Assembly (NCBI GenBank): GCA_030390025.1 | Contig: CM059432.1 | Coordinates: 5,146,001-5,210,000 of the forward strand | DNA: 64,000 nucleotides | Direction of reading: 5' to 3' | Source: Squalus acanthias | Taxonomy: Eukaryota | Shown: one piece after another, positions 1 to 13,940 of the stretch | Layout of the letters: each line of letters starts with the position of its first letter | How positions within the stretch are numbered: the stretch's first letter is position 1 | Translations under genes and position numbers: made by a program | The notes under the pieces: model-generated | Told to the model about the DNA's origin: nothing | Seen by the model: the letters and a program-made list of their open reading frames with translations, nothing else | Databases searched by the model: none

Positions 1-2084
1 AGTCAGGAATTGTACATAATGTGCATCCAAAAGAGAAAAAAACTTTAAGGAACCAGACACTGTGAAATGACAGAAGTCCCGTGATGCACTACGAGCTCAA
101 AGTCGGAATACTCCACCGTATACTTGCAAGCAAAACCATAAAGTAAATTTTTTTTTTTATTCATTCACCGGATGTGGGCATCGCTGGCAAGGCCAGCGTT
201 TACTGCCCATCTCTAATTACCCTCGAGAAGGTGGTGGTGAGCCGCCTTCTTGAACCGCTGCAGTCCGTGTGGTGAAGGTGCTCCCACAGTGCTGTTAGGG
301 AGGGAGTTCCAGGATTTTGACCCAACGATGACAAAGGAACGGCGATATACTTGCAAGTCAGGATGGTGTGCGACTTGGAGGGGAACTTGGAGGTGATGGT
401 GGTTGCCATGCGCCTGCTGCCCTTGTCCTTCTAGGTGGTAGAGGTTGCGGCTTTGGGAGGTGCTGTCGATTTTCAACATTGGAGCAAGACATTTGTTGCA
501 CTGGATCTATAGCATATAAACCCTGCAATGCTCTCACAAAGCAGTAAACCCCTTCCCTGCCAAAATGTTATTAAAACAGTTGTACAATGTGTAATTCCAC
601 CCAAGTAATTAGGCATAAGCCTCCCAATAATGTTTTAATCTAAGGAAACATGCAAGAATCAATCTGCAGTTTACTAAGCAACAGAATGCAGAACTAACCC
701 CACTGAAGCCAGTTGGTTTTGTGTGGTTTGAAGCACAAGACTTTAGAATTAGAAATGCTCCTCTCACAGACATCTCACTGGTCAGAAACAATGTTCCATT
801 TAATATGCTTTATATCCAGTATAAGTGTCTTGACACAATGCACATAATCTATAGACTGACACTCCAGTGCAGTACTGAGGGAGTGCTGCACTGTCAGAGG
901 TGCCATCTTTCAGATGAGACGTTAAACCGAGGCCCTGTCTGCCCCCTCAGGTGGACATAAAAGATCGCACGGCACTATTTGAAGTGCAGTGGAGTTCTCC
1001 CCAGCGTCCTGGCCAATATTTATCCTTCAACCCCATCACTAAAATCGATTATGTAGTCATTATCTCATTGCTGTTTATGGGAACGTCTTGTGAGCAAATT
1101 GGCTGCCGTGTCTCCTATATAACAACTTGTATTTATATAGCGCCCTTAAAGTAGCAAAACGTCCCAAGGCGATTCACAGCAGTGTTAGCAAACAAAATTT
1201 GACACCGAGTCGAAGATGATGATATTAGGACAGGTGACCAAAAGCTTGGTCAAAGAGGTCGATTTTAAGGAGCGTCTTAAAAAGGAGAGAGGTATAGAGG
1301 CGGAGAGGTTCAGGGAGGGAATTCCAGAGCTTGGGGCCCAGGCAGCTGAAGGCACAGCCGCCAATGGTGGAGCGATGGAAATCAGGGACGCGCAGGAGGC
1401 CAGAATTGGTTGAGCGCAGAAATCTCAGGAGGGTTGTAGGGCTGGAGGAGGTTACAGAGATAGGGAGAGGGCGAGGCCATGGAGGGATTTGCCAACAAAA
1501 TATTACAACAGTGACTAAACTTCAAAAGTACTTCATTGGCTGTGAAACACTCGAGGCATCGTGAGGTTGTGAAAGACGCCACCTAAATCCAAGTTCTTTC
1601 TTTCTATATATGAGCAACTATCCATATTTGTAGCAAAAGAACACACTTGAACTTTGTTTACAGTAGTATCAGGGATATCACTCCAGGGACTATTAACAGC
1701 AAATACAGCACATTAATTCTCTCCGAGGCAGCTCCGATTACATCGAAGGTTGCCCTTCGCTTCTCGCTTTTAATTAGCTGGTGTGTTTTCTCAAAATATT
1801 CATTCTCTCTACAATTAGGTTTTGAAATCAAAAGAATAATTAGTTTATCTGTAAATAAAATTGAACCGTCTCTATTTTAACATACAAGTGGGATGTCTAT
1901 TTAAAAAACCAGTCAATACCTTGAACAAGCTGATTTCACAGACATAACAGACGAAGATGTTAGCAAGGAAAATACAAAGGCAGCACAATGGTTTTTTTTT
2001 TAAACTGCGCACACAGCACACATCAGGTTAACACTACTGAAAGGATGCAGAACTAAATACAGTGCACGGCAACTTTGGTTCAAG

Positions 2085-2925
2085 AACATAACATAGGAGG
2101 AGTCGGCCATACGGCCCCTCGAGCCTCCTCCGCCAGACAATAAGATCATGGCTGATCTTCTACCTCAACTCCACTTTCCTGCACTATCCCTCGATTCCCT
2201 TAATATCCAAAAATCTATCTTTGTCTTAAATATACTCTGATTGGAATTCTCTACCCAAGAGGGCTGTGGATGCTCAGATTCACAACTCTCAGTGAAGGAA
2301 TTTCTTCTCATCTCAGTCCTAAATGCTCATCCTGAGACTATGCCCCCTAGTTCTAGACTCCCCAGTCAGGAGAAACAGCCTCTCAGCATCTACCCTGTCA
2401 AGCCCTCTCAGAATCTTATATGTTTCAATGAGATCACCTCTCATTCTTCTAAACTCCAGAGAGTATAGGCCCAATCTACTCAATCTCTCCTCATAGGACA
2501 ACCCTCTCATCCCAGGGATCAATCTAGTGAACCTTCATTGCACCCCCCTCACTGAGGCAAGTATATCCTTCCTTAGGTACGGAGACCAAAACTGTGCACA
2601 GTACTCCAGGACAATGTTACACGTAAGCTGCGCTTTGTTCTGTGCGGCCTGTTTCTTTCAATGCGCGGTCCCTTTAAATTTCTGTGTGTGTAGCATTTAC
2701 AATGGAAAAGCCGGTGAGCAGCCTATGTGGGGTCCTTGCAGATTGCTGCGAAGCCCCGCGGCTTCGAGAGAACATTGCTCCAGGTGTGGTCTCACCAAAG
2801 CCCTGTACAATTGCAGCAAGACTACCTTACTCTTTCCCTTTATTGCAAGGAGGTTGGAGTACAACATACCATTTGCCTTCCTAATTGCTTGCTGTACCTG
2901 CATGTTAACTTTGCCTTTCGTATAC
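2085..2925 (-). mobile_element. CR1 LINE 3' fragment
   Basis: LYRALVRPHLE and GLSYEERLSRLGLYSLEFRRMRGDLIE motifs. Confidence 0.85.
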
Positions 2926-4351
2926 ACCACCACCCAGGTCCCTCTGAATACTTATTTTAACAGACGCTTCAAAAATACATTCCTGCAGCTTTAAATCGTA
3001 TGAATAGGTGAACAAACTGACAAATCAATTACTGAATTGTACCTTGCTGAACATTCACTTAGAAAAATCTCGTTTGCCTGGAGCTGGTCTCGTTTTCTAT
3101 CCGTCCCCAACTGCCCTGGCCTTCGCAACCAATACCATGAGAACACAGTAAAACAGATTAACACCAACAAAAAAATCATTGATAGTACTGACGATTGAGA
3201 AATTCAGTCAGCCATAACAAGTGAGAGTTTTTAAAAAGAGAAATGGGAAGGGGAGGAAAGTAGTAACTGCTAAGCCCACACCAACTTAAGAAAATACCTG
3301 CATGGAACTTGGACGAACTCAGCTGCGTCAAAGTGTCTTTCCAATTACTGTACCATGGAACACTAGCTTTAACTGAGCGATCTGATGGAAAACAGAACAT
3401 GACATTAATGACCCATCACTGAGTTAAGAACTTCTTGTTTCAATGTATAGAAATGCCCAAAACAAAAAAATAGGCTTTCTAAAACAATATAGTGCTTTTA
3501 CAAATTAAGGTTAGGACTTGTAAAATTATTTTCCGCTCCAAGTGCATTTATTCACAAAATACAGTCCCCACCACTTACACGGTAGCGCCCCCTGCTAATC
3601 CCGTACAGCGCCTACATCGGGCAAATGGAGGACCATTTGCCCGAGGCGTCAATTACAAAGGCGGCGTTTAAACCGTATTAAGCGCGCAGACGATTTTGGG
3701 CAGTTTAAGCAGCTGTGTGCATTTAAACCGCACAAGTCAAGGCATGCTTTTAAATGTTATTCCCGATGTGAAAATTGCAAGTACTATTGACTTCTTGCGA
3801 AATTGTTTCGTTCATGAGTTAGCAATGTTTCATGGTGCATATTTGAGAGGGCAGACGAGGCCTCGGGCTTAACATCTCATCCCCTGGTGGTAAAGGCCGT
3901 CTTTCAGTAAGTTCACATTTGTCGACTCTTTCTTCAGAAATGAACTTTTGTGCCCATTTAACTTAATACTGTTGGCTTCCATGGGATTCACAAGTCTATT
4001 GTAGTACTATTTTTTTGTGCAAAGAGGTTTCACTAGAAACTATACTAGGTCCCGGGAAAGTAACCTAGGACTACTCTGGCCATCGTGTATAGCGGGCAAA
4101 TCACGTTCACAAGTGCACCGTTGGGGACAGTACGGGTTAAGTCATAAAAATCATCTACCTTGAATGAAGCCAGAGCGCTTCCCCATATTCAAGAAATGGC
4201 ACTTTCAAATGACCACCTCCAGTTCTTTTTAATCAGAGGTGACAATAGCAAATCTTCAGACAGAATTAACCATTTGCAACACGTGCAAAAACACAACTAC
4301 CACAGGTTTAACAATGGAAAACCTGAACTAAGGAACAAGAAAATTCAAAGA

Positions 4352-4820
4352 AAGGCAGACTTGCATTTATATAGCGCCTGTCACGACCACCGGACAATCC
4401 AAAGCGCTTTACAGCCAATGAAGTACTATTTGAAGTGTAGTCACTGTTGTAATGTAGGAAACGTGACAGCCTATTTGGGCACAGCAAGCTCCCACAAACA
4501 GCAATGAGATAATGACCAGATAATCTGCTTTAGTGATATTGATTGAGGGAGAAATATTGGCCCAGGACACCGGGGATAACTCCCCTGCTCTTCTTCGAAA
4601 TAGTGGCCCTGGGATCTTTTACGTCCACCTGAGTGCAGACGGGGCCTCGGTTTAACGTCTCATCTGAAAGACGGCACCTCTGGCAGTGCAGCGGAGCGCT
4701 CAGCACTGCACTGGGAGTGTCAGCCTAGATTTTTTTGCTCAAGTCTCTGGAGTGGAACTTGAACCCACAACCTTCTGACTTAGATGCGAGGGTGCTACCC
4801 ACTGAGCTACGACTGACACA
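4352..4820 (-). mobile_element. tRNA-derived Deu-domain SINE (SacSINE1-like), near full length
   Basis: Head with A box TAGCTCAGTGG and B box GGTTCAAGTTC, central GATGAGACGTTAAACCGAGGCCCC domain, L2-like tail. Other copies near 860-1580, 15845-16180, 17950-18250, 55470-55880 and 60695-60910. Confidence 0.75.
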
Positions 4821-5034
4821 GCATCGACACACAATGCCCTGTATCTACTTGTAGGATAGCAGAACACGGGGATCGCCGAGCAATCAGGACCGGATATTGG
4901 TGTCTTTTGCGCATTTATTTCTGAAGGCAGACCAAGTTAACACTCGGTGATGTGAAGGTTGGTTTGAATCGTAAAGTTTTATGCCACAGCAAGGTACAAC
5001 CAAAATTACTTACTTCAATGGCGTAAGTATGGAA

Positions 5035-5859
5035 CCACAAGCTTTCGGAGCTATCGCTCCTTCCTCAGGTGAAGTAAATTGGATACAGAATCGCCAGAGC
5101 ATATATAGATGGAAAAAAAAGCATGTGTACTTTACAATTGCAGACCATGCAGACACTGAGACAACGTATGAACGAGCACCGCGCAACAATCGCCAGGCAG
5201 GATTGTTACCTCCCAGTCGGGGAACACTTCAGCAGTCAAGGACATTCAGCCTCGGATCTGCGGGTAAGCGTTCTCCAAGGCAACCTTAGAAACACACGAC
5301 AACGCAAAATCATCGAGCAGAAACTGATAGCCAAGTTCCGCACTCATGAAGACGGTCTCAATCGGGATCTTGGGTTTATGTCACGATACATGACGTGATC
5401 CGGACTCGAGTCGTCGTTAGCTTGTTCACAGATGTGATTCCCAGTAAAAAAGTAAAAATTTTCCCAGTAAAAAAGTAAATTTTTTTTAAAGCTTTTCGTT
5501 TTACATACAGACGGCAGCTTTTGACACGTTGGAACCCCTGCGACTACACCTCATTGTCTCAGTTGTATCTTGCTATGTCTTTTGATGTGGTACCTTCCTG
5601 GCTGACTTAATTAACTTTATCACACCTCGGCAGATAGTCAGGATGATTTAATTTATTGGTCTGCAATTGTAAAGTACACATGCTTTTTTTTCCATCTATA
5701 TATGCTCTGGCGATTCTGTATCCAATTTACTTCACCTGAGGAAGGAGCGATAGCTCCGAAAGCTTGTGATTTCAAATAAAACTGTTGGACTATAACCTGG
5801 TGTTGTGCGACCTCTCAATTTTGTCCACCCCAGTCCAACACCGGCATCTCCGCATCATG
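5035..5859 (+). mobile_element. Penelope-like retroelement family A, 5'-truncated, with inverted partial pLTR
   Basis: ORF 5123-5398 (QTLRQRMNEHR...PVGEHF...H...EQKLIAKFRTHEDGLNRD) is a GIY-YIG endonuclease C-terminus. Arms ~5036-5147 and ~5657-5768 are inverted. 12-bp TSD GTAAGTATGGAA. Confidence 0.88.
5732..5769 (+). ncRNA. Minimal type I hammerhead ribozyme (family A)
   Basis: TCAC-CTGAGGA-A-GGAGC(GATA)GCTCC-GAAA-GCTT-GTGA: core boxes, stems I and II, palindromic AAGCTT stem III. An inverted copy lies at 5036-5072 (-). Confidence 0.8.
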
Positions 5860-7317
5860 GTAAGTATGGAAAACAGATGATGCTAACCCCACTTCAGTGG
5901 GTTGTCTTACTTACCTTAAACAAGAGGTTTTCTAGCTACGTGTATATGGCAACCTTCCGTCTCGAAAGACGATCGCGTCTGCGTCCAAGCAGTTCAGTTA
6001 CTTTGCCATTCGGCAACCTGTTGAGTTGAAGAGTCCAATTCTCAAGCGATGGTCCTTTCCACAGATGGTGCAGTCATAGATCACAAGGCCAGATGAGGCC
6101 CGTGCAGTATTAACTCTTGAAATCTGATGCGGTTTCCTCTCATTTCTCTCTTCAACCTCTGACTCCCCGATGCATTGCAGCCCTCCAGTGGTGGCCCGTT
6201 AACCTGCGGTACCGCTGTTAAAAGTTTTCAAGTCCCTCATGCAAACGGCTTTAAACCTGAGCCTAGGTCGGTGCAGCAGCTTGAAGCACCTGCAAGTTCT
6301 CTATACTTTACTGACAAGTCATTTAATAAGCCCCGATTGTCTGAGGCCACGAGCCAAACGTTTCGTTGGGCTGATTTATATCCCAGCATTGGAGCGGTCC
6401 TGAGAAACAAACCCCTTTTAAAGCGAGCTTCAACTTGTAAGTGCATGGCATCTGGTTCAACCCACAGCTGAGCTTCAAATCCCATGTCCCATCAATCACC
6501 AAGACTCTGCTCCTTTACCTCTGAACCTAAATATTCCAATGCCCTCCAGTGCAGCATCCTATCTTCCTTGTCCAAAACACAGCTTCCTGTACTGCACACC
6601 TCCATCACCATTCCTGTTCTCCCTGATGCATTTTAGCTTCCTCTGACCCCACATATTAAATTTAAAACCCTCGTCCTCATCTTCAGCTCCCTCCACAGCA
6701 GCGCCCCACTCTAACTGCCCTTTGACTCCAGCCTTTCGGAGTATTCCCTCCCCTCACCCCACTGTTTATTGCAGAACCCTCAGCTGCCTCAACCCTCTTC
6801 AAAACTCCTTCCCTATAATCCTGCATCTCTATCCATGGCTCAGTGTCCAATCTCCAATCAATTTCTATTCGTATATAAGCGGACATAATCTTCAAACTAT
6901 AGCTAGGACAGTTCAGAGTGAAATCAAGTAGTAGTTCTTCGAACAAAGTGTCGTGGAAATCTGGAACTCTCGTCCCCCAAAAGGCTCTGGATGCTGCATC
7001 AACTGCAATTTCCAAGGCAGATGGAAATATTTTTGTTCACTAAGGGTATCAAGGGATATGAGAAAAGGCCAGTAAATGGAGTTGAGGTACAGATCAGCCA
7101 CGGTCTAATGAAATGGCAGAACAGGCTCAAGATGCTGAATAGCCTACTCCTGTTCCTATGTGAAGTGTTTTGGTTTTTTTTCTTTCAAGATGCTGTATAA
7201 ATGCAAGTTGTTGTTTGAAAACTTTCCCTTTGGCATTGCAAGTATATCGCTGTTCCTTCATCGTTGTTGGGTCAAAATCCTGGAACTCCCTCCCCAACAG
7301 CACTGTGTGAGCACCAC

Positions 7318-7492
7318 CTTCTTCTTAGGCAGTCCCTCAGAACCGAGGATGACTTGCTTCCACATTAAAAATGAGTTCGCAGGTGGCTGATGAGTCCAAT
7401 GCGGGACCTACAGTCTCTGTCACAGGTGGGGCAGATGGTGGTTGAAGGGGCGACTGGGTGGGGTGCTTGGGTTGACATGCGCTCCTTGCGCT
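7318..7492 (-). mobile_element. RTE LINE 3' end
   Basis: CPTCDRDCRSRIGLISHLRTHF* C2H2-like end and (AAG)n tail. A similar, older piece lies at ~5945-6110. Confidence 0.7.
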
Positions 7493-10271
7493 GCCTGGGA
7501 GCACCTTCACCACACGGATTGCAGCAGTTCAAGAAGGCGACTCACCACCAGCTTCACAAGACTGATTAGGGATGGGCAATAAATGCTGGCTTGCCAGCGG
7601 CCAATGAAGCCCTAATTTTTTTTGGGATGCGTGGCCCCTTTAATGGGCTGCGCGGCCCATTCAAAAGTTTCACTCTTGCACAAAATTTAGCGTTAAAAAA
7701 GATGGTCCCGGGCAGCAGACAGCTGCGCAGCTTAGAGGGAACGTTGCCAGCGAGACCCACATCCCTTGAATGAATAAACCAAAAAAATCTGCCGTATATG
7801 CTCATTTCTCTTCCCAATTTGAAAGGGAAATGACTTCATAGAAAAGTAACACGAAGCATAAGATTTACTTAAGTCCAGCTGATTGAGGACCTTCGCCTTA
7901 TGACCTAACACCATTTCTGACTTCACGTTTTCCAACATCTGACAGCACTCCCTCCCTCATCCCATCACAAGTGACTCAGTGTGTCACGTCACGTGATGTA
8001 TTGACTTGCACAGATGAATAAACTGAAACAATGGTCGGCTCGTAGTTGTTGATCTCATCCAGATGACAGGAGCACGACAACTGGCTTCACGTATGAACAG
8101 CCATTTGAGGGAGGAATTTGAGGGCTGTGGATCGAGACCCAACATGTACATTCTCTTGAGAAAAGGGGAGAAAACTAAGAGAGCCACTCCCACAATGCCA
8201 GTGAACTTAAAGCACTATATTTAACTATATTGATGAAGATCTGGACTGACACCCATGCATTTGCCTAAAAGACCTTCAAATAGAATATAACACAGGAGGC
8301 CATTCAGCTCATCGTGACTGTGCCAGCTCTTTGGTCGCGCTGTCCAACTAGTCCCACACTCCTGCTCTTTCCCCAGAGTCCTGCAATTTTTTCCCCTTCA
8401 AGTATTTATCCAATTCCCTTTTGAATCAACTTCCACCGCCCTTTCAGGCAGTGCATTCCAGATCATAACTCGCTGTGTAATAAAAATGTTCCCTCATGTC
8501 ACCTCAGGTTCTTTTGCCAATCACCTTAAATCGGTGTCCGGTGATGGAGAAGGTGGCTGCCGTGGCCAGTGGCAGTGACGCCGATGAAGTGAACTGCTGT
8601 GTCAGATGCGGTCAAGCTTCTTGAATGCTGTTGTGGCTGCCATCAAGCAGACGTGAGATAAATATTCCATCATACTCCTGACTGGAGTCTGATAAATGAT
8701 GGAGCAGTCAGGAGGTGGGCCATTCGTCAAGCCTACCGAACCTCTGCCTTACTAACATGGCTTGTCTGGTTAAGATTTTGGTCGATGGTGACCCCCTTTG
8801 AAGGAGAAAATAACTGGACTCTCTCCTAATCAAGATGTTCATTAACTAGCACGTATATGGTGCAAATGTTGCTCGCAGCATCCACCTCGTTAGCCAGGTT
8901 CTGCTGTCGGCCGGTATCGGCAGCTTCATTATTGAAGGAGTTGTTAATGAAGCTGAACACTGTGGAATTCCAAGACGCTAGCAACACCACTTCTCTCCAG
9001 TATGAAGGAAACAGGCTACTGGTAGTTTGGTATTTCCAACTCCTGAAAATCCAGCTCATCAAAAGAGCAGCCATTTCTACAGAAATAACACTAAAATAAG
9101 GAGGGGGGGGGTGGGGTCAGACAACTCCACTGCATTTATGGAATTGGTACAGTTGGCGATATCAAAGAATCACTAGCTACGTGTAGAATTTGTCTGTCGT
9201 CTAATGTTGTGCATCTTGCTAAAGGCATGTACCTTCAAAAATCTCCAACAGGTATATGAAGTTAGACGATTTAAGAAAGAACCATTTCCCCCCCCCCCAA
9301 AAAAAGTAATGAATGCAACAAAACAAATGCAATTAAGGGGAATGTAACCACATGGACAAAGAGCTGGCTGCAGGACAAAAGGCGAAGGGTTGGAATAAAA
9401 GCCAGTTCCTTGCAATGGAAGAAAGTTTTGAGTGGTATTCCACAGGAGCCAACATAGGGCTCGCTCTTATTTACTAAATGCCTCATTTGGACTTGGAGGA
9501 ATGGGGGACTATTGTCACAATTTACTCATGATATCAAATAGGAGCTCTGGCAAATTCTGACATGATTGCAAAATACTCCGAGGACAAAGACCAGCTAGCA
9601 GGACAGGCAGAGTTCAAAGCAGCAATATATGGAGCTGTGTGTTTTGGAAATAATAGGAAAAGGAAATGCACCTTAAATGGCAAGATTTTAAAATGGAGCA
9701 CAAGTGCAGTTACACAACTCATTAAATGTGGCAGCCCAAATACATAGAGGCCATAACAGAGGACCCTTAGTTCTGTATCAAGATACATATAAATAAATAC
9801 AAGAGCAAGAATGGTAATGTTGAACTTGTACAAGGTCTTAATCTAGTCCCCAAGTGGAGTATTGTGTATAGTTTTGGACACCCGACTACAGGAAGTATAA
9901 AAGCAATGAAAATAGAGTAGATTCACTGGGCTGTTACCGTTACAATTATGAAGAAAAACTTAGGTTAGCGATTTTTCTCCCTATGAAAAAAAAGGAACAA
10001 ACTTACATTTATAGAACAGCTTTCACAACATCAGGATGTCCCAAAGCTCGAGAGCCAATGAAGAACTTCTGAAGAGTGGTTGCTGTTGTAACGTAGGGAA
10101 ACTCGACAACCAAACTGCACACAGCAGGCTCCCACACACACACAAATGAGATAAATGACCAGTGGATCGGTTTTAGCAATGTTGGTTGAGAGATAAATGT
10201 TGGCCAGGACACCGGAGCGGAGAAGGTTGAGGGTTGACCAGATAGGTGTCTTCAAGATTATGAAAGGTTAT

Positions 10272-10725
10272 AACAACAGAAAACGCTGGAAAAACTCAGC
10301 AGGCCAGGCAGCATCCGTGGAGAGAGAAAGAGAGTTGACGTTTCAGGTCGATGACCTTTCATCAGAACTGGGAAGAGCTGGAAATCAAATAGATTTAAGG
10401 CCAGGGTAAAGCTGGGAAAAGGGGGAGGGGATAAAGGAACAAAGGAGGAGATGAAGAGACATTAAGAGATATGCAAGGCTAGAGGTGGTGTTAATGTGAC
10501 AGATTAAGGCTGAATGAAGTGTGAAATCTACTGGCAGAATGAAGGACAGCTGCCAGCTTCTAGGAGGAAAAAAAAAAAAAGGTGGGGGGGACAAATAAAA
10601 GGGTGGATAAAATAAAATATAAATGTGATTGGAGCTGAGGTTATGATCTAAAATTGTTGAACTCGATATTGAGTCCAGAGGGCTGTAGCGTGCCTAAACG
10701 AAAGATGAGGTGCTGTTCCTCGAGC
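10272..10725 (-). mobile_element. Penelope family B 3' fragment with intact hammerhead (10333-10369, -)
   Basis: Near-identical to 29160-29617 and encodes LEEQHLIFRLGTLQPSGLNIEFNNFRS*. 14-bp TSD TTATGAAAGGTTAT. Confidence 0.88.
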
Positions 10726-11065
10726 TTATGAAAGGTTATGTTGAGGTCAATAGTGATAAATTATTTTGTCTAGTAGGTGATATGGTCAAGACGGTACAAA
10801 CTTAAGTCAACCATAATCTGAAGGGTTGACAACGAGATGGCACAGATTTAAGGTGATTGGCAGAAACGACATGAGGAAAAACTTTTTTACACAACGATTG
10901 GTTAGAATTTGGAATGCACTGCCTGATAGGGCGGTGGAAACAGAGTCAACAGTAGCCTTCAAAAGGGAATTGAATAAATACTTGGAGAAAAAAATTGCAG
11001 GGATATGGGGAAAGAGCGGGGGAGTGGGACTAACTGGATTGCTCTTCGAAAGAGCCGGCACAGAC

Positions 11066-11206
11066 AAATGTTCCCTTTAATTTTGGGGGGTGTGCGGCCC
11101 CTTCAAATTCCTGCACATGTGCGGTTTTTCCTATTGTAAAGCCGGCAAGCGGCCGGTGCGGTTTCTCCAGACAGCTGCGCGGCCACGCAGCTTAAAGGGA
11201 ACACTG
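11066..11206. mobile_element. hAT-type MITE (other copies 2612-2777, 7602-7746)
   Basis: CA(A/G)TGTTCCCT-like TIRs and near-perfect 8-bp TSD (GCACAGAC/GCGCAGAC). Confidence 0.75.
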
Positions 11207-12306
11207 GCGCAGACTCGATGTGCCAAATGGCGGCCTCCTGTGCTGTACTATTTTATGATACTATAATCAAATAATCGCAAAAATAAGGAGGTTAGAAACA
11301 ATTTCTTTCCACAGAGAATGTATTATTTGAAAGGAGGAATTAGATAAGAGAGGAATACTAAAGGAATGGAGAGCAACAAGATTAGGTTAGTCAATTTGTG
11401 GGGAAAAAATGACGCAGACTTGGACTGAATGGCCTGTTACTGTGATGTAACATTCTATGAACACATCGACTGCATGAATCTTTACATGCAAACAGAATTG
11501 CATATACAATCTACTCAATTCAAAATCACTAAATTCAAATCTTCTGATACAGTTTTAGCACTAAATTCCTCCTTTCCTAGGTTACTTTCTATGTTGAATT
11601 CTAATGAGTTGAGAATTCAATTATTGTGCCAAAAAGTGACGGTATTTGCGGTAATTTGAATCTCAGAAGTATGTCTTGGCAATCTTCTAATTAGTGCATC
11701 TCTTTACACACATATTTTAAGCATAGATAGGTTTTGTGTTTGCTATTTTATGTACGTGCAAATAAATTGCATGCTTGAGTAAACCCACTCAACCACAAAA
11801 CACATCAAGTTTATTACCACACACCCTAATGTTGCTCACGAACAATTCACCAGACTCATACACTGCTGCTCAGTTTCCGACCAAAGAAGCTGACACCATC
11901 ATTGGCTTCGACAAATCGCTCAAGCGGCACAACCCGTATGACAGGCTCATGCGACATCAGCTCTCCAACCTCTTCCAAAAGGAGGAGGTTTAATAGAGCA
12001 GTCCTGCAGGGCATGTAAGGGCCCACCCCACTGGTTAAATCATTGATTTTTCCAGTTCAAGTACAGTCAGCAAGGCATAGCAAAAGATTAAATGAGGCAA
12101 TCTCACAGTTCGGCTAACTAAATTACCATACAACATTGATTTAGGAAGCAGTGATCTACCATTAGAATTGTCTTAAATTGCTCATTGTTATGCGATATAA
12201 AATACAAAGTCAAGGATATGCTGGGACTAATCCCCTTCTGGGTAGGTTTCAACAACTTATACATTTTCAACAAGCACCCACAAGAAAACACAATATGTTC
12301 ATATCA

Positions 12307-12658
12307 AAAGTAAAATACTGCGGATGCTGGAAATCTAAGATAAAAACAAAAAGTGCTGGAAATACTCAAGTCAGGCAGCATCTGTGGCGAGAGAAACAGT
12401 TAACGTTTCAGGTTGCTGACCTTTTGTCAGAACTGGAAGAAGTTAGAGATTTAACAGGCCTCAAACACAGAAACAGAGATAGAGAAGTCAAGGAAGAGAT
12501 GGGAAGAGTTGGAGATGGACCACGTGAAGGCAAGAGAGACGTGAAATCGCTAACTTCCAGTTCCGACGAACGGTTAATGACCTGAAACGTTAACTCTGTT
12601 TCTCTCTCCACAGATGCTGCCTGACCTGCTGAGTGTTTCCAGCATTTTCTGTTTTTAT
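12307..12658. mobile_element. Older family B-related inverted pLTR pair with decayed hammerheads
   Basis: Diverged inverted arms. Cores are mutated: CTGACAA at 12398-12434 (-) and CCGACGA at 12559-12595 (+). Confidence 0.75.
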
Positions 12659-12964
12659 ACTTCCCACACGTTCCCATAGAACAGGAGAATGCATCTTACC
12701 CGGACTGAGATAGCTTTCATTTGTGCATTTATTTGCACTGGAAGTACCAACATAAACCACTTGAGAAAATCTGTAAGAGTTTCCACACAAAATACACAAG
12801 AAAAACAACAGGGAAGTTATAGCATGAGTCAAAAAGTTCTAGGTCAGGGATTCAGCATGCATGATACAACTCTGTTCCTAGATCGACATTGCAAAATTCA
12901 CAATTCAACTTATTCAAGTTTATGTCCTAGAAAAATGTTTTAAAAAAACTCAGCAACACTGGAG

Positions 12965-13940
12965 TTTCTCAAGGCAGTGTCCTAGGCCCAACCATCTTCA
13001 GCTGCTTCATCAATGACCTTTCCTTCATCACAAGGTCAGAAGTGGGGATGTTCGCTGATGATTGCATAGTGTTCAGTTCCATTCGCAACTCCTCAGATAA
13101 TGAAGCAATCCATGCCCACATGCAGCAAGACCTGGACGACATTCAGGCCTGGGCTGATAAGTGACAAGTAACATTCATGCCACGCAAATGCCAGGCAATG
13201 ACTATCTCTAACACCACCCCTTGATATTCAATGGCATTACCATTGCCAAATCTCCCACCATCAACATCCTGGGGGTCACCACTGACCAGAAACTTAACTG
13301 GACCAGCCACATAAATACTGTGGCAACAAGAGCAGGTCAGAGGCTGGGTATTCTGCAGTGAGTGTCTCACCTCCTGACTCCCCAAAGCCTTTCCACCATT
13401 TACAAGGCACAAGTCAGGAGTGTGATGGAATACTCTCCACTTGCCTGGATGAATGCAGCTCCCACAACACTCAAGAAGCTCGACACCATCAAAGACAAAG
13501 CAGCCCGCTTGATTGGCACCCCATCAACCACCTTAAATATCACTCCCTCCACCACCGGCACACCGTGGCTGCAGTGTGTACCATCTACAATCTTGCATCT
13601 GCACTGCAGCAACTCGCAAAGGCTTCTTCGGCAGCACCTCCCAAACCCGCGACCTCTACCACCTAGAAGGACAAGGGCAGCAGGCGCATGGGACCACCAT
13701 CACCTGCAAGTTCTCCTCCAAGTTACACACCATTCTGACTTGGAAATATATCGCCATTCCTTCATCGTCACTGGGTCAAAATCCTAGAACTCCCTCCCAA
13801 ACAGCACTGTGGGAGCACCTTCACCTCACAGACTGCAGCAGTTCAAGGTGGCTCACCACCACCACCTTCTGAAGGGCAATTAGGGATGGGCAATAAATGC
13901 TGGCCTTGCCAGCGATACCCACATCCCAGAACAAATAAAA
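12965..13940 (+). mobile_element. CR1-type LINE 3' portion
   Basis: QGSVLGPTIFSCFINDL, MFADDC, YKAQVRSVMEYS motifs and an A-rich tail. Shorter copies of the same tail at 148-466, 21003-21120 and 38925-39313 (-). Confidence 0.85.

Noticed and set aside
1667..1830. Minus-strand frame ending in a hydrophobic tail (INVLYLLLIVPGVISLILL*)
   Set aside because: Short, no recognisable homology and no supporting upstream exons.
3298..3366. 69-nt AG..GT-bounded, phase-1 segment (A)SVPWYSNWKDTLTQ..H resembling TRAPPC8 exon 3 (ATTPWFESYRETFLQ..H)
   Set aside because: Only ~6/23 identities while exons 1-2 are highly conserved, wrong length and weak acceptor. A match this weak is plausible by chance in 22 kb. 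RNA-seq junctions would settle it.
4745..4820. tRNA gene
   Set aside because: It is the tRNA-derived head of a SINE, continuous with the SINE body.
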